Below are positions 8,002 to 17,303 of a DNA stretch of 64,000 nucleotides, piece by piece. Under the pieces are notes generated by a model, which was given only the letters and a program-made list of their open reading frames with translations, had not been told where the DNA came from and did not search any database. How positions within the stretch are numbered: position 1 is the stretch's first letter; each line of letters begins with the position of its first letter. The stretch is taken from positions 138,629 to 202,628 of the forward strand of contig CAVRWE010000002.1 of assembly GCA_963724895.1 (NCBI GenBank), in the 5' to 3' direction. The stretch comes from an uncultured Actinomycetes bacterium. GTDB lineage: Bacteria > Actinomycetota > Thermoleophilia > Gaiellales > Gaiellaceae. Both the position numbers and the translations under genes were made by a program.

Positions 8002-11000
8002 GTGAGCACGCGGTCGCTGCGCGATCTCCCCTCGGTGGACGAGCTCGTCCGCGAGGAGCGGCTGGCCGGGGAGCCCCATGCCCTCGCAGTGGAGGCCGCG
8101 CGCGTGGTTCTCGCGCGGGCCCGCGACGACATCAAGGCCGGGCGCGAGCCGGCGGCGCTCGTGGACGCGGTGCTCGACGAGCTCGCGCGCTCCCGGCGCG
8201 CGAGCCTCCGGCGCGTGCTGAACGCGACCGGCGTCCTCGTGCACACGAACCTCGGCCGCGCGCCGCTCTCGGAGGCCGCGCTGGCGCGTGTGACGGAGGT
8301 TGGCGCCGGCTACTCGAACCTCGAGTACGACCTCGGAAGCGGCGAGCGCGGGTCGCGGCAGGACCACCTCGCGCCGCTTCTCTGTCGGCTCACCGGCGCG
8401 GAGGCGGCACTCGTCGTGAACAACAACGCGGCCGCCGTGCTCCTCGCGCTCGCGGCGCTTGCGGAGGGACGTGAGGTCATCGTCTCGCGCGGCGAGCTGA
8501 TCGAGATCGGCGACGGCTTCCGCATCCCCGAGGTGCTCGCGCGCTCCGGCGCGCGCCTCGTCGAGGTCGGGACGACGAACAGGACGCGCGCCCTGGACTA
8601 CGAGCGGGCGATCGGGCCCGAGACTGCGCTTCTCCTCCGAGTCCACCAGTCGAACTTCCGCGTCCTCGGCTTCACCGAGCGTCCGCCGCTCGACGAGCTG
8701 GCGCGGGTCGCACGGCGCGCGGAGCTGCCGCTGGTGGACGACCTCGGCTCCGGCGCGCTCGTCGCCGTCGGCGACGAGCCGACGCCGGCCGAGAGCCTCC
8801 GCGCGGGCGCCGACCTCGTCTGCTTCTCCGGGGACAAGCTCCTCGGCGGCCCGCAGGCCGGGATCGTCGTGGGCCGGTCGGAGCTCGTCGAGCGCCTTCG
8901 CAGACACCCACTCCAGCGTGCCCTCCGTGCGGACAAGCTCACGCTGGCCGCGCTCGAGGGGACGCTTCTCGCCGCGCTCGATCCACCTTCAGCCGAGATT
9001 CCGGTCCTCCGCATGCTCCACGAGCCGGTCGAGCGCGTTCGCGAGCGTGCGGCCCGGCTGGCCGAGCTCGTCGGCGGTGAGGTCGAGGAGACCGTCGCGC
9101 GGGTCGGCGGCGGGGCGCTCCCGCTGGCGGAGCTCCCGAGCGCAGCCTGCGCGGTCGAGGAGGGGCTCGCCGATCGCCTGCGGCTCGGAGAGCCGCCGGT
9201 CGTCGGCGTCGTCCGCGACGGCCGCACGCTCCTCGATTGCCGCACGCTCACGGACACGGACGTCGAGGAGGTCGCTGCGGCGGTCCACACTGCACGGCGG
9301 GATGACGTCATGCCGCTGACGGTCGGCACCGCGGGGCACATCGACCACGGGAAGACGTGGCTCGTGCGCGCACTCACCGGGAAGGACACCGACCGCCTGC
9401 CCGAGGAGCAACGGCGCGGGATCTCGATCGACCTCGGCTACGCGCCGCTCGAGCTCCCGAGCGGTCGCACGCTCTCGGTGGTCGACGTCCCCGGTCACGA
9501 GCGCTTCGTGCGTGCGATGGTCGCCGGCGCGACGGGGGTCGACCTCTTCCTGCTCGTGATCGACGCGGGTGAGGGCGCGCGGCCGCAGACGCTCGAGCAC
9601 CTGGCGATCCTGCGATTGCTCGGCATCGAGACGGGCGTCGTCGCGGTGACGAAGGCGGACGCCGTGGACGCAGAGACGCTCGAGCTCGCACTCGAGGAGG
9701 CCCGCGAGCTCGTTCCGAATGCTCGGGTGTGCGCGGTGAGCGCGAAGACCGGTGAGGGGCTCGACGAGCTGCGCGCCTCCCTCGACGAAGCGGCGGATCG
9801 GGTCGAGCGGACGCGGGCGGACCGGCCGACGAGGCTCTGGATCGACCGCTCCTTCACGCTCCGCGGCATCGGCACCGTCGTGACCGGAACGCTCTGGTCG
9901 GGCACGGTCGGCGAGGGAGACGAGCTCAGGCTCGAGCCACGCGGTCGCGACGTGCGGGTGCGCAGCGTCCAGGTGCACGATCGTGAGGTCGGGCGCGCCG
10001 AGGCGGGACAGCGCGTGGCGGCGAGCCTCCCCGGGGTGGAGCGCAGGGAGGTCCAGAGGGGTGACGTCCTCGCGGAGCCGGGCGCCTATCCGGTCTCGTT
10101 CCGGCTCGACGTCGCGCTCGACGAGCTCGTGCCGATCCCGGACGGCGCACGCCTCCAGGCGCATCTCGGGACCGCGCACGCGCCGGCAAGGATCGTGCGA
10201 GTGGGGGAGCGGTACGCGCAGCTCCGGCTCTCCCGCGCGCTCACGGCCGCTCGCGGGGATCGCCTGATCCTCCGCGGAGAGACGACGCTCGGCGGCGGGG
10301 TCGTGCTCGACCCCGCTCCACCGCGGCACCGCGACCCCGAGCGCATGGCTCTCGTCGAGGCCGGCCGGGCCGCCGAGATCGTCCACGCTCCGGTGCGCGC
10401 CGACGATCTGCGGCACGTTCTCGACGGAGAGCCCGACGGCCTGGTGCGGACTGGGCCCTGGTTGCTGGCGCCGGAGTGGCTCGCCGAGCTCGAGCAGAGC
10501 CTGCGAGAGCGGATCGCCGCAGCGGACCCGATCGATCCGGGAGCGCCCGTGCCGTCCGAGCAGTGGTCGGCGGACGTGGTGTCGCTGCTTCCCTTCGAGC
10601 GCCGCGGGGCGAAGCTCTACCTGCCCGGCGCCGCTCCGTCGCTGGCCGGCCGCGCCGAGGAGGCGGCGGCGCTCGAGCAACATCTCGCGGACGCGGGCGT
10701 ACGCGCGACGAAGGTCGAGGATCAGGAGCTCGCGCGCTACCTCGAGGCGAGCGGTGCGCTCGTGCGGCTCGGCGACGGCTACGCGATCGGCGCCGAGGCG
10801 TACGACGCGGCCAGGGAAGCGTTGCTCGCGGAGTGCCGGGCGACCGGCCAGATCACGCTCGCACGGTTCCGAGACCTCGTGGGCACGGGTCGCCGCGACG
10901 CGCAGCTGCTGCTCGAGAGGTTCGATCGGGACGGCCTCACGAGACGTGTCGGCGAGGGCCGCGTGCTTCGTCGCTCGGCCGGCGGCTCGGCTGTCAGCAC

Positions 11001-11013
11001 GACGTCATCGTGA
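8002..11013 (+). CDS. selA-selB: L-seryl-tRNA(Sec) selenium transferase (SelA, aa 1-436) fused in frame to the selenocysteine-specific elongation factor (SelB, from Met437 at 9310)
   Basis: The SelA part has [29 protein letters not shown] and the PLP-lysine motif [13 protein letters not shown]. The SelB part starts [16 protein letters not shown] and has [15 protein letters not shown]-Tu-like beta-barrels and C-terminal winged-helix repeats. No stop codon lies between the two parts in this frame. Confidence 0.85.
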   Translation: MSTRSLRDLPSVDELVREERLAGEPHALAVEAARVVLARARDDIKAGREPAALVDAVLDELARSRRASLRRVLNATGVLVHTNLGRAPLSEAALARVTEVGAGYSNLEYDLGSGERGSRQDHLAPLLCRLTGAEAALVVNNNAAAVLLALAALAEGREVIVSRGELIEIGDGFRIPEVLARSGARLVEVGTTNRTRALDYERAIGPETALLLRVHQSNFRVLGFTERPPLDELARVARRAELPLVDDLGSGALVAVGDEPTPAESLRAGADLVCFSGDKLLGGPQAGIVVGRSELVERLRRHPLQRALRADKLTLAALEGTLLAALDPPSAEIPVLRMLHEPVERVRERAARLAELVGGEVEETVARVGGGALPLAELPSAACAVEEGLADRLRLGEPPVVGVVRDGRTLLDCRTLTDTDVEEVAAAVHTARRDDVMPLTVGTAGHIDHGKTWLVRALTGKDTDRLPEEQRRGISIDLGYAPLELPSGRTLSVVDVPGHERFVRAMVAGATGVDLFLLVIDAGEGARPQTLEHLAILRLLGIETGVVAVTKADAVDAETLELALEEARELVPNARVCAVSAKTGEGLDELRASLDEAADRVERTRADRPTRLWIDRSFTLRGIGTVVTGTLWSGTVGEGDELRLEPRGRDVRVRSVQVHDREVGRAEAGQRVAASLPGVERREVQRGDVLAEPGAYPVSFRLDVALDELVPIPDGARLQAHLGTAHAPARIVRVGERYAQLRLSRALTAARGDRLILRGETTLGGGVVLDPAPPRHRDPERMALVEAGRAAEIVHAPVRADDLRHVLDGEPDGLVRTGPWLLAPEWLAELEQSLRERIAAADPIDPGAPVPSEQWSADVVSLLPFERRGAKLYLPGAAPSLAGRAEEAAALEQHLADAGVRATKVEDQELARYLEASGALVRLGDGYAIGAEAYDAAREALLAECRATGQITLARFRDLVGTGRRDAQLLLERFDRDGLTRRVGEGRVLRRSAGGSAVSTTSS

Positions 11014-11362
11014 TCTCGCCGCTCGGGCCCTGCTTCCACCAGGAGCGCCCGCCCACGGTGCTCGAGACGCAGTAGTCCTCCTGGACCGACCATTCGACGA
11101 CGATGCTCCCGATGCCGGGGCTGTACGTGCTCTTCAGGGTCCCGGCAGTCATGCCCGCGTAGCCGTCGAAGTCTCCGCGGTAGGCCTCGATCGCGGGCAC
11201 GGCGGTGCGGATGTTCGCCTTGGCGGTCGCGTCCGACGCACGCTCGCGGGCCCCGTAGTGGAAGACCGCGGCGATCGAGACGAGCACCGCGATGATGATC
11301 ATCACGACGAGGAGCTCGACCAACGTAAAGCCTTCTTCACTCCGCAGTTCGCTCCGCAGCAT
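10994..11362 (-). CDS. Type IV pilin / pseudopilin with a prepilin-type N-terminal methylation motif
   Basis: MLRSELRSEEG|FTLVELLVVMIIIAVLVSIAAV gives a class III signal peptide with a G/F cleavage site and Glu+5. The 3' end overlaps the selB end by 20 nt in convergent orientation. Confidence 0.85.
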   Translation of the reverse strand: MLRSELRSEEGFTLVELLVVMIIIAVLVSIAAVFHYGARERASDATAKANIRTAVPAIEAYRGDFDGYAGMTAGTLKSTYSPGIGSIVVEWSVQEDYCVSSTVGGRSWWKQGPSGEITMTSC

Positions 11363-11483
11363 TCCCTCACTATCGGAGCGGCGTGGGTGACTTCCTACCC
11401 CACTTTGGGTGAGTCGCTCATCTCCTCTTCGCGGGGCAGTCCCCAGTCCGGCTCGCCGTCGATTCCGGCGCTGCGCCCAGCGG

Positions 11484-12995
11484 CTACCGCGTCTGCGGGA
11501 AGCCGAGGTCGACCCTGCTCGTCTTCGGGTCCGGCCAGCGGCTCGTGACGACCTTCGTCCGCGTGTAGAAGTCGATGCCCTCGGGGCCGTAGATGTGCCG
11601 GTCGCCGAACAACGAGCTCTTCCAGCCGCCGAACGAGTAGTAGGCCACCGGGACGGGGATCGGCACGTTGACCCCCACCATGCCCACGTTCACGTCGAAC
11701 TGGAACTGGCGCGCGACGCCGCCGTCCCGGGTGAAGATCGCGACGCCGTTCCCGTACGGGTTCTCGTTCACGAGGCGGAGCGCCTCGTCGTAGGTCGGCA
11801 CGCGGACGACGGACAGCACCGGTCCGAAGATCTCGTCGCGGTAGGCGTCCATCTCCGGCGTGACGTCGTCGAGCAGGGACACGCCGAGGAAGAAGCCGTC
11901 TCCGTCGGGCGCCGTCTCCCGGCCGTCCGCGACGAGCGTCGCTCCCTGCGCGGGGCCGGAGTCGAGGTACGACGCCACCTTGTCCCGGTGCTGGCGCGTG
12001 ACGAGCGGCCCCATCTCGGCCTCGGGATCCAGGCCGTCGCCGACTTTGACCTTCGGCAGCCGCTCCTTGATCGCCTCCACGAGCGGGTCGGCCGCATCGC
12101 CCACCGCGACCAGCACGGAGACCGCCATGCACCGCTCGCCGGCGGAGCCGTAGCCCGCGCTCACTGCGGCGTCGGCGGCCATGTCGATGTCCGCATCGGG
12201 CAGGACGACCATGTGGTTCTTCGCGCCGCCGAGCGCCTGCACACGCTTCCCGGCCTTCGTGCCGGTCTCGTAGACGTAGCGTGCGATCGGCGTCGAGCCG
12301 ACGAAGCTGACCGCCGCGATGCCGGCGTGCTCGAGGATCCCGTCGACGGCGACCTTGTCGCCCTGGATGACGTTGAAGACGCCGTCCGGCAGGCCGGCCT
12401 CCTTCAGCAGCTCGGCGGTGAGGATCGACGCGGACGGATCCTTCTCCGACGGCTTGAGGATGAACGCGTTCCCGCACGAGATCGCCGGTGCCCACATCCA
12501 CATGGGCACCATCGCCGGGAAGTTGAAGGGTGTGATGCCGGCGACGACGCCGAGCGGCTGGCGGATCGAGTAGACGTCGATGCCGGTCGCCGCCTGCTCC
12601 GAGAACCCGCCCTTGAGGAGCGTCGGGATGCCGCAGACGTACTCGATCACCTCGAGGCCGCGCTGCACCTCGCCGTGCGCGTCGGAGAGCACCTTGCCGT
12701 GCTCGGCGGTGAGGTGGCGCGCGAGGTCGTCGCGGTGGCGGTCGAAGAGGTCGTAGATCCGGAAGAAGAGGTCGGCGCGCTTCGAGAGAGACCACGTTCG
12801 CCACTCCGCGAAGGCCGTCTTGGCCGTCGCGACCGCGCGGTCGATCTCCTCCACGCTCGCGAACGCGACCTCCCCGCTCTGCTCGCCCGTCGCCGGGTTG
12901 TAGACCGGGCCGCTCCGCCCCGACGTCCCCGCGACCGACCCGCCGCCGATCCAGTGCCCGATCACCTTCAGCTCCGTGGTCACCGCTGCGTTCAT
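11484..12995 (-). CDS. mmsA: CoA-acylating methylmalonate-semialdehyde dehydrogenase
   Basis: The start was trimmed to ATG 12995-12993, preceded by GAGGAGG. Aldehyde-dehydrogenase motifs are FNFPAMVPMWMW, ILKPSEKDP and GSAGERCMA (catalytic Cys). The MmsA-type C-terminus reads VNVPIPVPVAYYSFGGWKSSLFGD. Confidence 0.9.
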   Translation of the reverse strand: MNAAVTTELKVIGHWIGGGSVAGTSGRSGPVYNPATGEQSGEVAFASVEEIDRAVATAKTAFAEWRTWSLSKRADLFFRIYDLFDRHRDDLARHLTAEHGKVLSDAHGEVQRGLEVIEYVCGIPTLLKGGFSEQAATGIDVYSIRQPLGVVAGITPFNFPAMVPMWMWAPAISCGNAFILKPSEKDPSASILTAELLKEAGLPDGVFNVIQGDKVAVDGILEHAGIAAVSFVGSTPIARYVYETGTKAGKRVQALGGAKNHMVVLPDADIDMAADAAVSAGYGSAGERCMAVSVLVAVGDAADPLVEAIKERLPKVKVGDGLDPEAEMGPLVTRQHRDKVASYLDSGPAQGATLVADGRETAPDGDGFFLGVSLLDDVTPEMDAYRDEIFGPVLSVVRVPTYDEALRLVNENPYGNGVAIFTRDGGVARQFQFDVNVGMVGVNVPIPVPVAYYSFGGWKSSLFGDRHIYGPEGIDFYTRTKVVTSRWPDPKTSRVDLGFPQTR

Positions 12996-13087
12996 CTCGC
13001 CTCCTCGACCGTTCCGGCCCAGCCTACAAATCAGCGTACCGCGGTGGGCGATCAAGAGCTCGCGCGCTCCGTCCGATAACCGGGCTC

Positions 13088-13342
13088 ATGGACCCGCAAG
13101 GACAGGCAGCCAGCGTCGAGCTCGCACAAATGCGCAAGGAGGAGCGGTCGATCTCCGTGCGCAGGACCCGCCTCCACGCGCGCATCGACTTCCTCCGCGC
13201 CGGTGGTCACGCCGGCGACTCGGGCGAGACGCTCGCCGAGCTCGAGCGCCAGGAGCAGGAGATCTCGCGCCAGCGCCGCGAGCTGCACGAGCGCATCGCC
13301 CGCCTCGAGGCCGAGCTCGCCTCCGGCGGGCGCGCCGCCTGA
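13088..13342 (+). CDS. Small two-helix coiled-coil protein, RsiG-like (tentative)
   Basis: 84 aa. Residues E19-D34 read E-RSI-S-VR-R-TRL-H-ARI-D, and E56-A71 read E-QEI-S-RQ-R-REL-H-ERI-A. These are two copies of an E-X3-S-X2-R-X3-(Q/H)-X3-D-like motif separated by a Gly-rich turn. Confidence 0.5.
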   Translation: MDPQGQAASVELAQMRKEERSISVRRTRLHARIDFLRAGGHAGDSGETLAELERQEQEISRQRRELHERIARLEAELASGGRAA

Positions 13343-13363
13343 GTTCCCGCCTGGAGGCCTAAA

Positions 13364-13456
13364 CGGAGCGGCGCCGGAGTCGAACCGACCGAGCCGTGGG
13401 CTACACGACCGCACTGGTTTTGAAGACCAGCTGGGCCACCGGGCCCATGCCGCTCC
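13364..13456 (-). tRNA. selC: tRNA-Sec (anticodon UCA)
   Basis: The reverse complement is GGAGCGGCATGGGCCCGGTGGCCCAGCTGGTCTTCAAAACCAGTGCGGTCGTGTAGCCCACGGCTCGGTCGGTTCGACTCCGGCGCCGCTCCG. It has an 8-bp acceptor stem (GGAGCGGC/GCCGCTCC), a 6-bp D stem (TGGGCC/GGCCCA) with a 4-nt loop, anticodon loop CTTCAAA, a long extra arm (GGTCGTG/CACGGCT) and a 5-bp T stem. This is the bacterial 8/5 tRNA-Sec architecture. Confidence 0.92.
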
Positions 13457-13557
13457 GCCGCTCAGGCTAGTCAGAGACGCTGGGCGATGCGGGACGTTGG
13501 AGGCCGGAGGGCGAGCGCCTCTTGCCGGGTCTTCGCCGTCGGCGTACGCTCGAACCG

Positions 13558-14907
13558 ATGAGCCGGTCTTGGCTCGCGATCGCGGTTCTGATCGCATGCG
13601 CATCGGGTGCGGCTGCGACGACTGCTCCGGAGGCGACGAGCAGGATCCCGGCGTGCTCGGTCGAGCCGGCTCTGCCCGCCCCGCCGCCGGATCGCGTCGC
13701 GTATGCGCTGCGCGTTCGCCTCAATCGTGGCTTGACGGAAGCTGCCGGATCTCTGCGCGTCTCCTTCCGCCCGGCGGTGGCGACCGATCGTCTCGTGTTT
13801 CGTCTTTGGCCGAACTCACCGTTCTACAGGCAGCAAGGTGCCCGCCTGACGGTGGGCGCCGTCATGGCCGCCGGACAGACGGTGGCGACGAGGCGTCCCG
13901 ATGCGACGACGCTCGTGGTCGACCGTGCAGTGGCCGCGGGTGAAGCGGCGACGGTTGCCATGACCTGGAGTCTGCGTCTGCCGCGGCGCGCCGGGCTCCA
14001 GCTTCGGGGCGGCGGTGGCTCGGCGCGGCTCGTGTCCTTCTTCCCGGTGCTGTCCTGGGACGGCAGCGACTGGACGTCGGACCCAGGGCTCCGTCGCCTC
14101 GACGGATTCTGGTCGACGTCGCCGACCGCCGACTTCGACGTCCGGATCGTTGCGCCGCGCGGCCTTCGGGTACTCGCATCTGGCGCGGAGCTCGGGCGAG
14201 GGCGCTGGCGCGCACGTCGCGTCAGGGACTTCGCAGTCGCGATCGGCGCCTTCACGACACGACGGACGACCGTCCGTCTTCCCCGCCCCGTGCGCGTGCG
14301 TGTGGCAGTCGAGCGCGGGTCCGGCTACACGATGGAGCCCTTCCTCATGGCGACGGTGCGTTCGCTCCGCTCCTACGCCGAGCGGTATGGCGCGTACCCC
14401 TGGCCCACCTACACGCTTGTCGCCATGATCGACTACCTTGGGCTGGCTGGCACCGCCTACCCGACGATCGGGTTCGTCGGCGACGGCAGCGTCGTGCTCA
14501 TCCCCCACGAGACGGCCCATCAGTGGTTCTTAGCGTTGGTCGGAAACAACCAGGCGCGTGATCCGTGGCTGAGCGAGGGGCTTGCGACCTGGGCCCAGAC
14601 GGAACCCGAGGGCTCGCTCAACACCCTGCTCGCGACGGGGATTCCCCCCGAGGTGCGAAACCGCGTCGGCGAGCCGATGAGCTTCTGGGATCGATTCGGC
14701 TTCGAGACGATTCGTCTCGGCGTTTACGTCCAGACCGTCCAGGCGCTTGGCTCCCTAGGGGAGCCGGCCGAAGTCGACTGCGCCCTGCGTCTCTTCGTCG
14801 CTCGAAACGCGTATCGGACAGCGACCCCGCGGGACCTCGCCGCTTCGCTGACGGAGTTCTTCCCGGATGCGGAGCAGAAGCTGAGCGCGTACGGCGCTCG
14901 CTTCTAG
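13558..14907 (+). CDS. Secreted M1-family (gluzincin) metallopeptidase
   Basis: From ATG 13558 the protein starts with the signal peptide MSRSWLAIAVLIACASGAAA. HETAHQWF followed by WLSEGLATW gives HEXXH-X18-E. Confidence 0.8.
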   Translation: MSRSWLAIAVLIACASGAAATTAPEATSRIPACSVEPALPAPPPDRVAYALRVRLNRGLTEAAGSLRVSFRPAVATDRLVFRLWPNSPFYRQQGARLTVGAVMAAGQTVATRRPDATTLVVDRAVAAGEAATVAMTWSLRLPRRAGLQLRGGGGSARLVSFFPVLSWDGSDWTSDPGLRRLDGFWSTSPTADFDVRIVAPRGLRVLASGAELGRGRWRARRVRDFAVAIGAFTTRRTTVRLPRPVRVRVAVERGSGYTMEPFLMATVRSLRSYAERYGAYPWPTYTLVAMIDYLGLAGTAYPTIGFVGDGSVVLIPHETAHQWFLALVGNNQARDPWLSEGLATWAQTEPEGSLNTLLATGIPPEVRNRVGEPMSFWDRFGFETIRLGVYVQTVQALGSLGEPAEVDCALRLFVARNAYRTATPRDLAASLTEFFPDAEQKLSAYGARF

Positions 14908-14928
14908 TCCGCGGTACGCTCACGAGCC

Positions 14929-15690
14929 ATGTCACGCGCTGTGGGCGTCGCAGCCGGCGTGGTCGTCGTCCTCGCCGTCGCCGGCGCTGCGACGTGGTTC
15001 TTCGTGGTTCGCGACACGACCGAGCCGGTCGGTGTCGACGAGGCCGTTACGAGCTTCCGCACGGACACCGAGCCGGGAGCCGGCGAGTCGCCGATACCCG
15101 AGGGCGTCTACGTCTACGACACGAAGGGGCTCGAGCAGACCGACGCGCTCCTCGGCGAGAAGCACGAGTACCCGAAGCAGACGACGATCACCGTGACCGC
15201 CGCAGGCTGCGGGGCGAGCCTCCTCTGGCGGCCGGTGCAGGGCCGGTCGACGCGGTTCGTCGTCTGCACGACGCCGGACGGCTGGGAGCTGCGCACGCAG
15301 GACGAGCGGCACACGTTCTACAGCCAGACGGAGACGACGACCTACCGCTGCGAGGACACGCTCATCCGGCCCGCCGACGAGTCGACCCCCGAGTGGGACG
15401 TGTCCTGCACGACGGGCACGGTCGACGAGGCGGGCACGGGCGAGCTCGTGGGGCGCGAGCGGATCCGTGTGGGCGGGAAAGCAGCGGAAGCCGAGCACGT
15501 GCGCACGGAGGCGACGCTCTCGGGCGAGACGCGGGGGACGACGACGCGCGACCTCTGGTTCGACTCGGAGACAGGCGTCCTCGTGAAGCTCGTGCTGGTG
15601 AGCCACACGGCGACCGACTCGCCGATCGGCGAGGTGCACTACGACGAGGACGTGACGCTCGTCCTGACGTCGCTCGAGCCACGTCGATGA
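14929..15690 (+). CDS. Hypothetical membrane-anchored protein
   Basis: It has an N-terminal TM helix (VAAGVVVVLAVAGAATWFFVV) and a Thr/Cys-containing extracytoplasmic domain. Its stop overlaps the next start (ATGA). No family was recognised. Confidence 0.6.
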   Translation: MSRAVGVAAGVVVVLAVAGAATWFFVVRDTTEPVGVDEAVTSFRTDTEPGAGESPIPEGVYVYDTKGLEQTDALLGEKHEYPKQTTITVTAAGCGASLLWRPVQGRSTRFVVCTTPDGWELRTQDERHTFYSQTETTTYRCEDTLIRPADESTPEWDVSCTTGTVDEAGTGELVGRERIRVGGKAAEAEHVRTEATLSGETRGTTTRDLWFDSETGVLVKLVLVSHTATDSPIGEVHYDEDVTLVLTSLEPRR

Positions 15691-16640
15691 CGCTCTCCGA
15701 GCGGCTTGCCGCTTTGCGCCTCGCGCCGGACGGCGAGCCGCGGCCGGAGGCGCCGCTCGGCCGGGGCCCGCTCGCGGCGCGCGTCCTGCGAGGCGTGATC
15801 GCAGGCTCTTCCGCCCTCGTCGGGCGCGTGCCGGCGAGCGTCGTCCATCCGCTCGCCGGCTTCGGTGGCACGATCGAGTGGGCGGCGCGACCCGCGAAGC
15901 GGCGCCGCCTGGCGACGAACGTCTGTCATGCGCTCGGGCTGCCCAGTGAGCACCCCGACGTTCGCGCGCTCGTCAGGCGCGAGGTGCTGAACGAGGCGCG
16001 GCGCTCGGTCGACTTCCTGTGGGCGCTCGCGAGCCCGGACGAGCTGCTCGCCACGACGCAGGTCGACGGCCGCGAGCACATCCTCGGGGCGCTCGGGCGG
16101 GGAAACGGTGTCCTGCTCGTCTCCACGCACGTCGGCGGCTGGGAGGTGGCGACGGCGCTTCCGAAGGCCGTCGTCCCGGTGGCGACGACGGCGATCGTCA
16201 CCGACGACTGGCTCGCCTGGGCCGTCGAGGGGCTTCGGGCTCGCGCCGGGCTCGGGATCATGTACGACTCCGAGCCGGTGTCGAAGGCGGTCCGACTGCT
16301 TCGCCGCGGCGAGGCCATCCTCGTCCTCGGCGACTACGCGAAGCCGGGGATGCGGACGTACCCGGTCCGCCTGCTCGATGCCGTCGCCGAGCTCCCCGCG
16401 GGGCCGGTGGTGCTCGCGCGCCTGTGCGGCACGCCCATCGTCCCGTTCAGCGTGCTGCCCACCGGCCCGAGGCGGTGGCGGGTCGAGATCGAGTTGCCGC
16501 TCGAGCCACCCGCGCGCAACGGCGGAGCTGAGGCCGAGAGGGCGACGCTCCAGGAGCTCGCCGACCGCTGGAGCCGGACGCTGCGCGAGCATGCGGAGCA
16601 CTGGGCGGCGGTGTACCCGATGGCCTGGCACCCGAAGTGA
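15687..16640 (+). CDS. Lysophospholipid/lipid A-type acyltransferase (LpxL/HtrB-like, PIM-acyltransferase-like)
   Basis: This is the last 317 codons of ORF 14565..16640, starting at ATG 15687 (MTLSERLAAL...). It carries LLVSTHVGGWEV (H-X4-E acyltransferase motif) and ILVLGDYAKPG...PAGPVVLARLCGTPIVP. Confidence 0.75.
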   Translation: MTLSERLAALRLAPDGEPRPEAPLGRGPLAARVLRGVIAGSSALVGRVPASVVHPLAGFGGTIEWAARPAKRRRLATNVCHALGLPSEHPDVRALVRREVLNEARRSVDFLWALASPDELLATTQVDGREHILGALGRGNGVLLVSTHVGGWEVATALPKAVVPVATTAIVTDDWLAWAVEGLRARAGLGIMYDSEPVSKAVRLLRRGEAILVLGDYAKPGMRTYPVRLLDAVAELPAGPVVLARLCGTPIVPFSVLPTGPRRWRVEIELPLEPPARNGGAEAERATLQELADRWSRTLREHAEHWAAVYPMAWHPK

Positions 16641-17303
16641 GGTTCTCGCTCAAGCGCGAGGTGGCGCTCGGGCTCGGCGTCTACGCCGTGTACCTCCTCG
16701 TCCGCTGGCTCGCGCTCCGCGCCGACGGCCGGGCGCGGGCACGTCGCAACGCCCAGCGGGTCGTCCGGCTCGAGGAACGGTCGGGGCTCCACGTCGAGCC
16801 CGCGGTGCAGGATGGCGCTGCTCCGCTTCCCGCGCCTCGTCCACGGGCTGAACGTGGGCTACGCCCTCTTCAACGTCTCGCTCACGGTCGGCTGGCTCGT
16901 GTTCCTGTACCGGCGCCGCGATCCCGGCTTCCATCGCCTGCGGCGAGCGTGCGTGCTCGCGCACCTCGGTGCGCAGCCGGTCTTCCTCCTCTTTCCGACG
17001 GCTCCGCCTCGCGTCCTCGACGGCTTCGTCGACACGCTGTCGGAGGTCTCCGGGCTCGATCTCGAGCATCCGGTCCTGGTCCGCTTGTACAACCCGGTCG
17101 CCGCCCTTCCGAGCCTCCACGTCGCGTTCGCGACCGTCACGAGCGCCGCGCTCGCCGAGCGCGCCGGCTCGCCGACGGCCCGCGTCGCCGCGCACGCCTA
17201 CGCGCCGCTCGTCTCCCTCGTCGTCGCGGGGACCGGCAACCACTACGTGCTCGACTGCGTCGCCGGGGCCGGGCTCGGCGCGATCGCGAGGCGGCTCGCG
17301 TGA
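16637..17303 (+). pseudogene. PAP2-superfamily (PAP2_3 / IPC-synthase-like) membrane phosphatase with one frameshift
   Basis: The N-terminal part starts at GTG 16637: VRFSLKREVALGLGVYAVYLLVRWLALRADGRARARRNAQRVVRLEERSGLHVEPAVQ. The sequence continues one frame over at about 16810: ALLRFPRLVHGLNVGYALFNVSLTVGWLVFLY...FPTAPPR...AALPSLHVAFA...GNHYVLDCVAG. The GTGA overlap with the upstream gene argues that the 16637 start is real. Confidence 0.7.

Noticed and set aside
8989-10683. A 564-aa ORF antisense to selB. Similar long antisense ORFs lie at 26660..28366 (purA), 40667..42046 (purL), 41961..43439 (purF), 57045..58745 (purH) and 59091..60869 (CBS).
   Set aside because: In each case the opposite strand carries a gene with unmistakable conserved motifs. 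The antisense translations are Arg/Asp/Glu/Pro-rich with no recognisable motifs.
14565-16640. A 691-aa ORF read as one protein.
   Set aside because: Only the last 317 codons (from ATG 15687) are acyltransferase-like. The upstream part overlaps the M1 peptidase end and the 14929..15690 gene in another frame and is Arg-rich.
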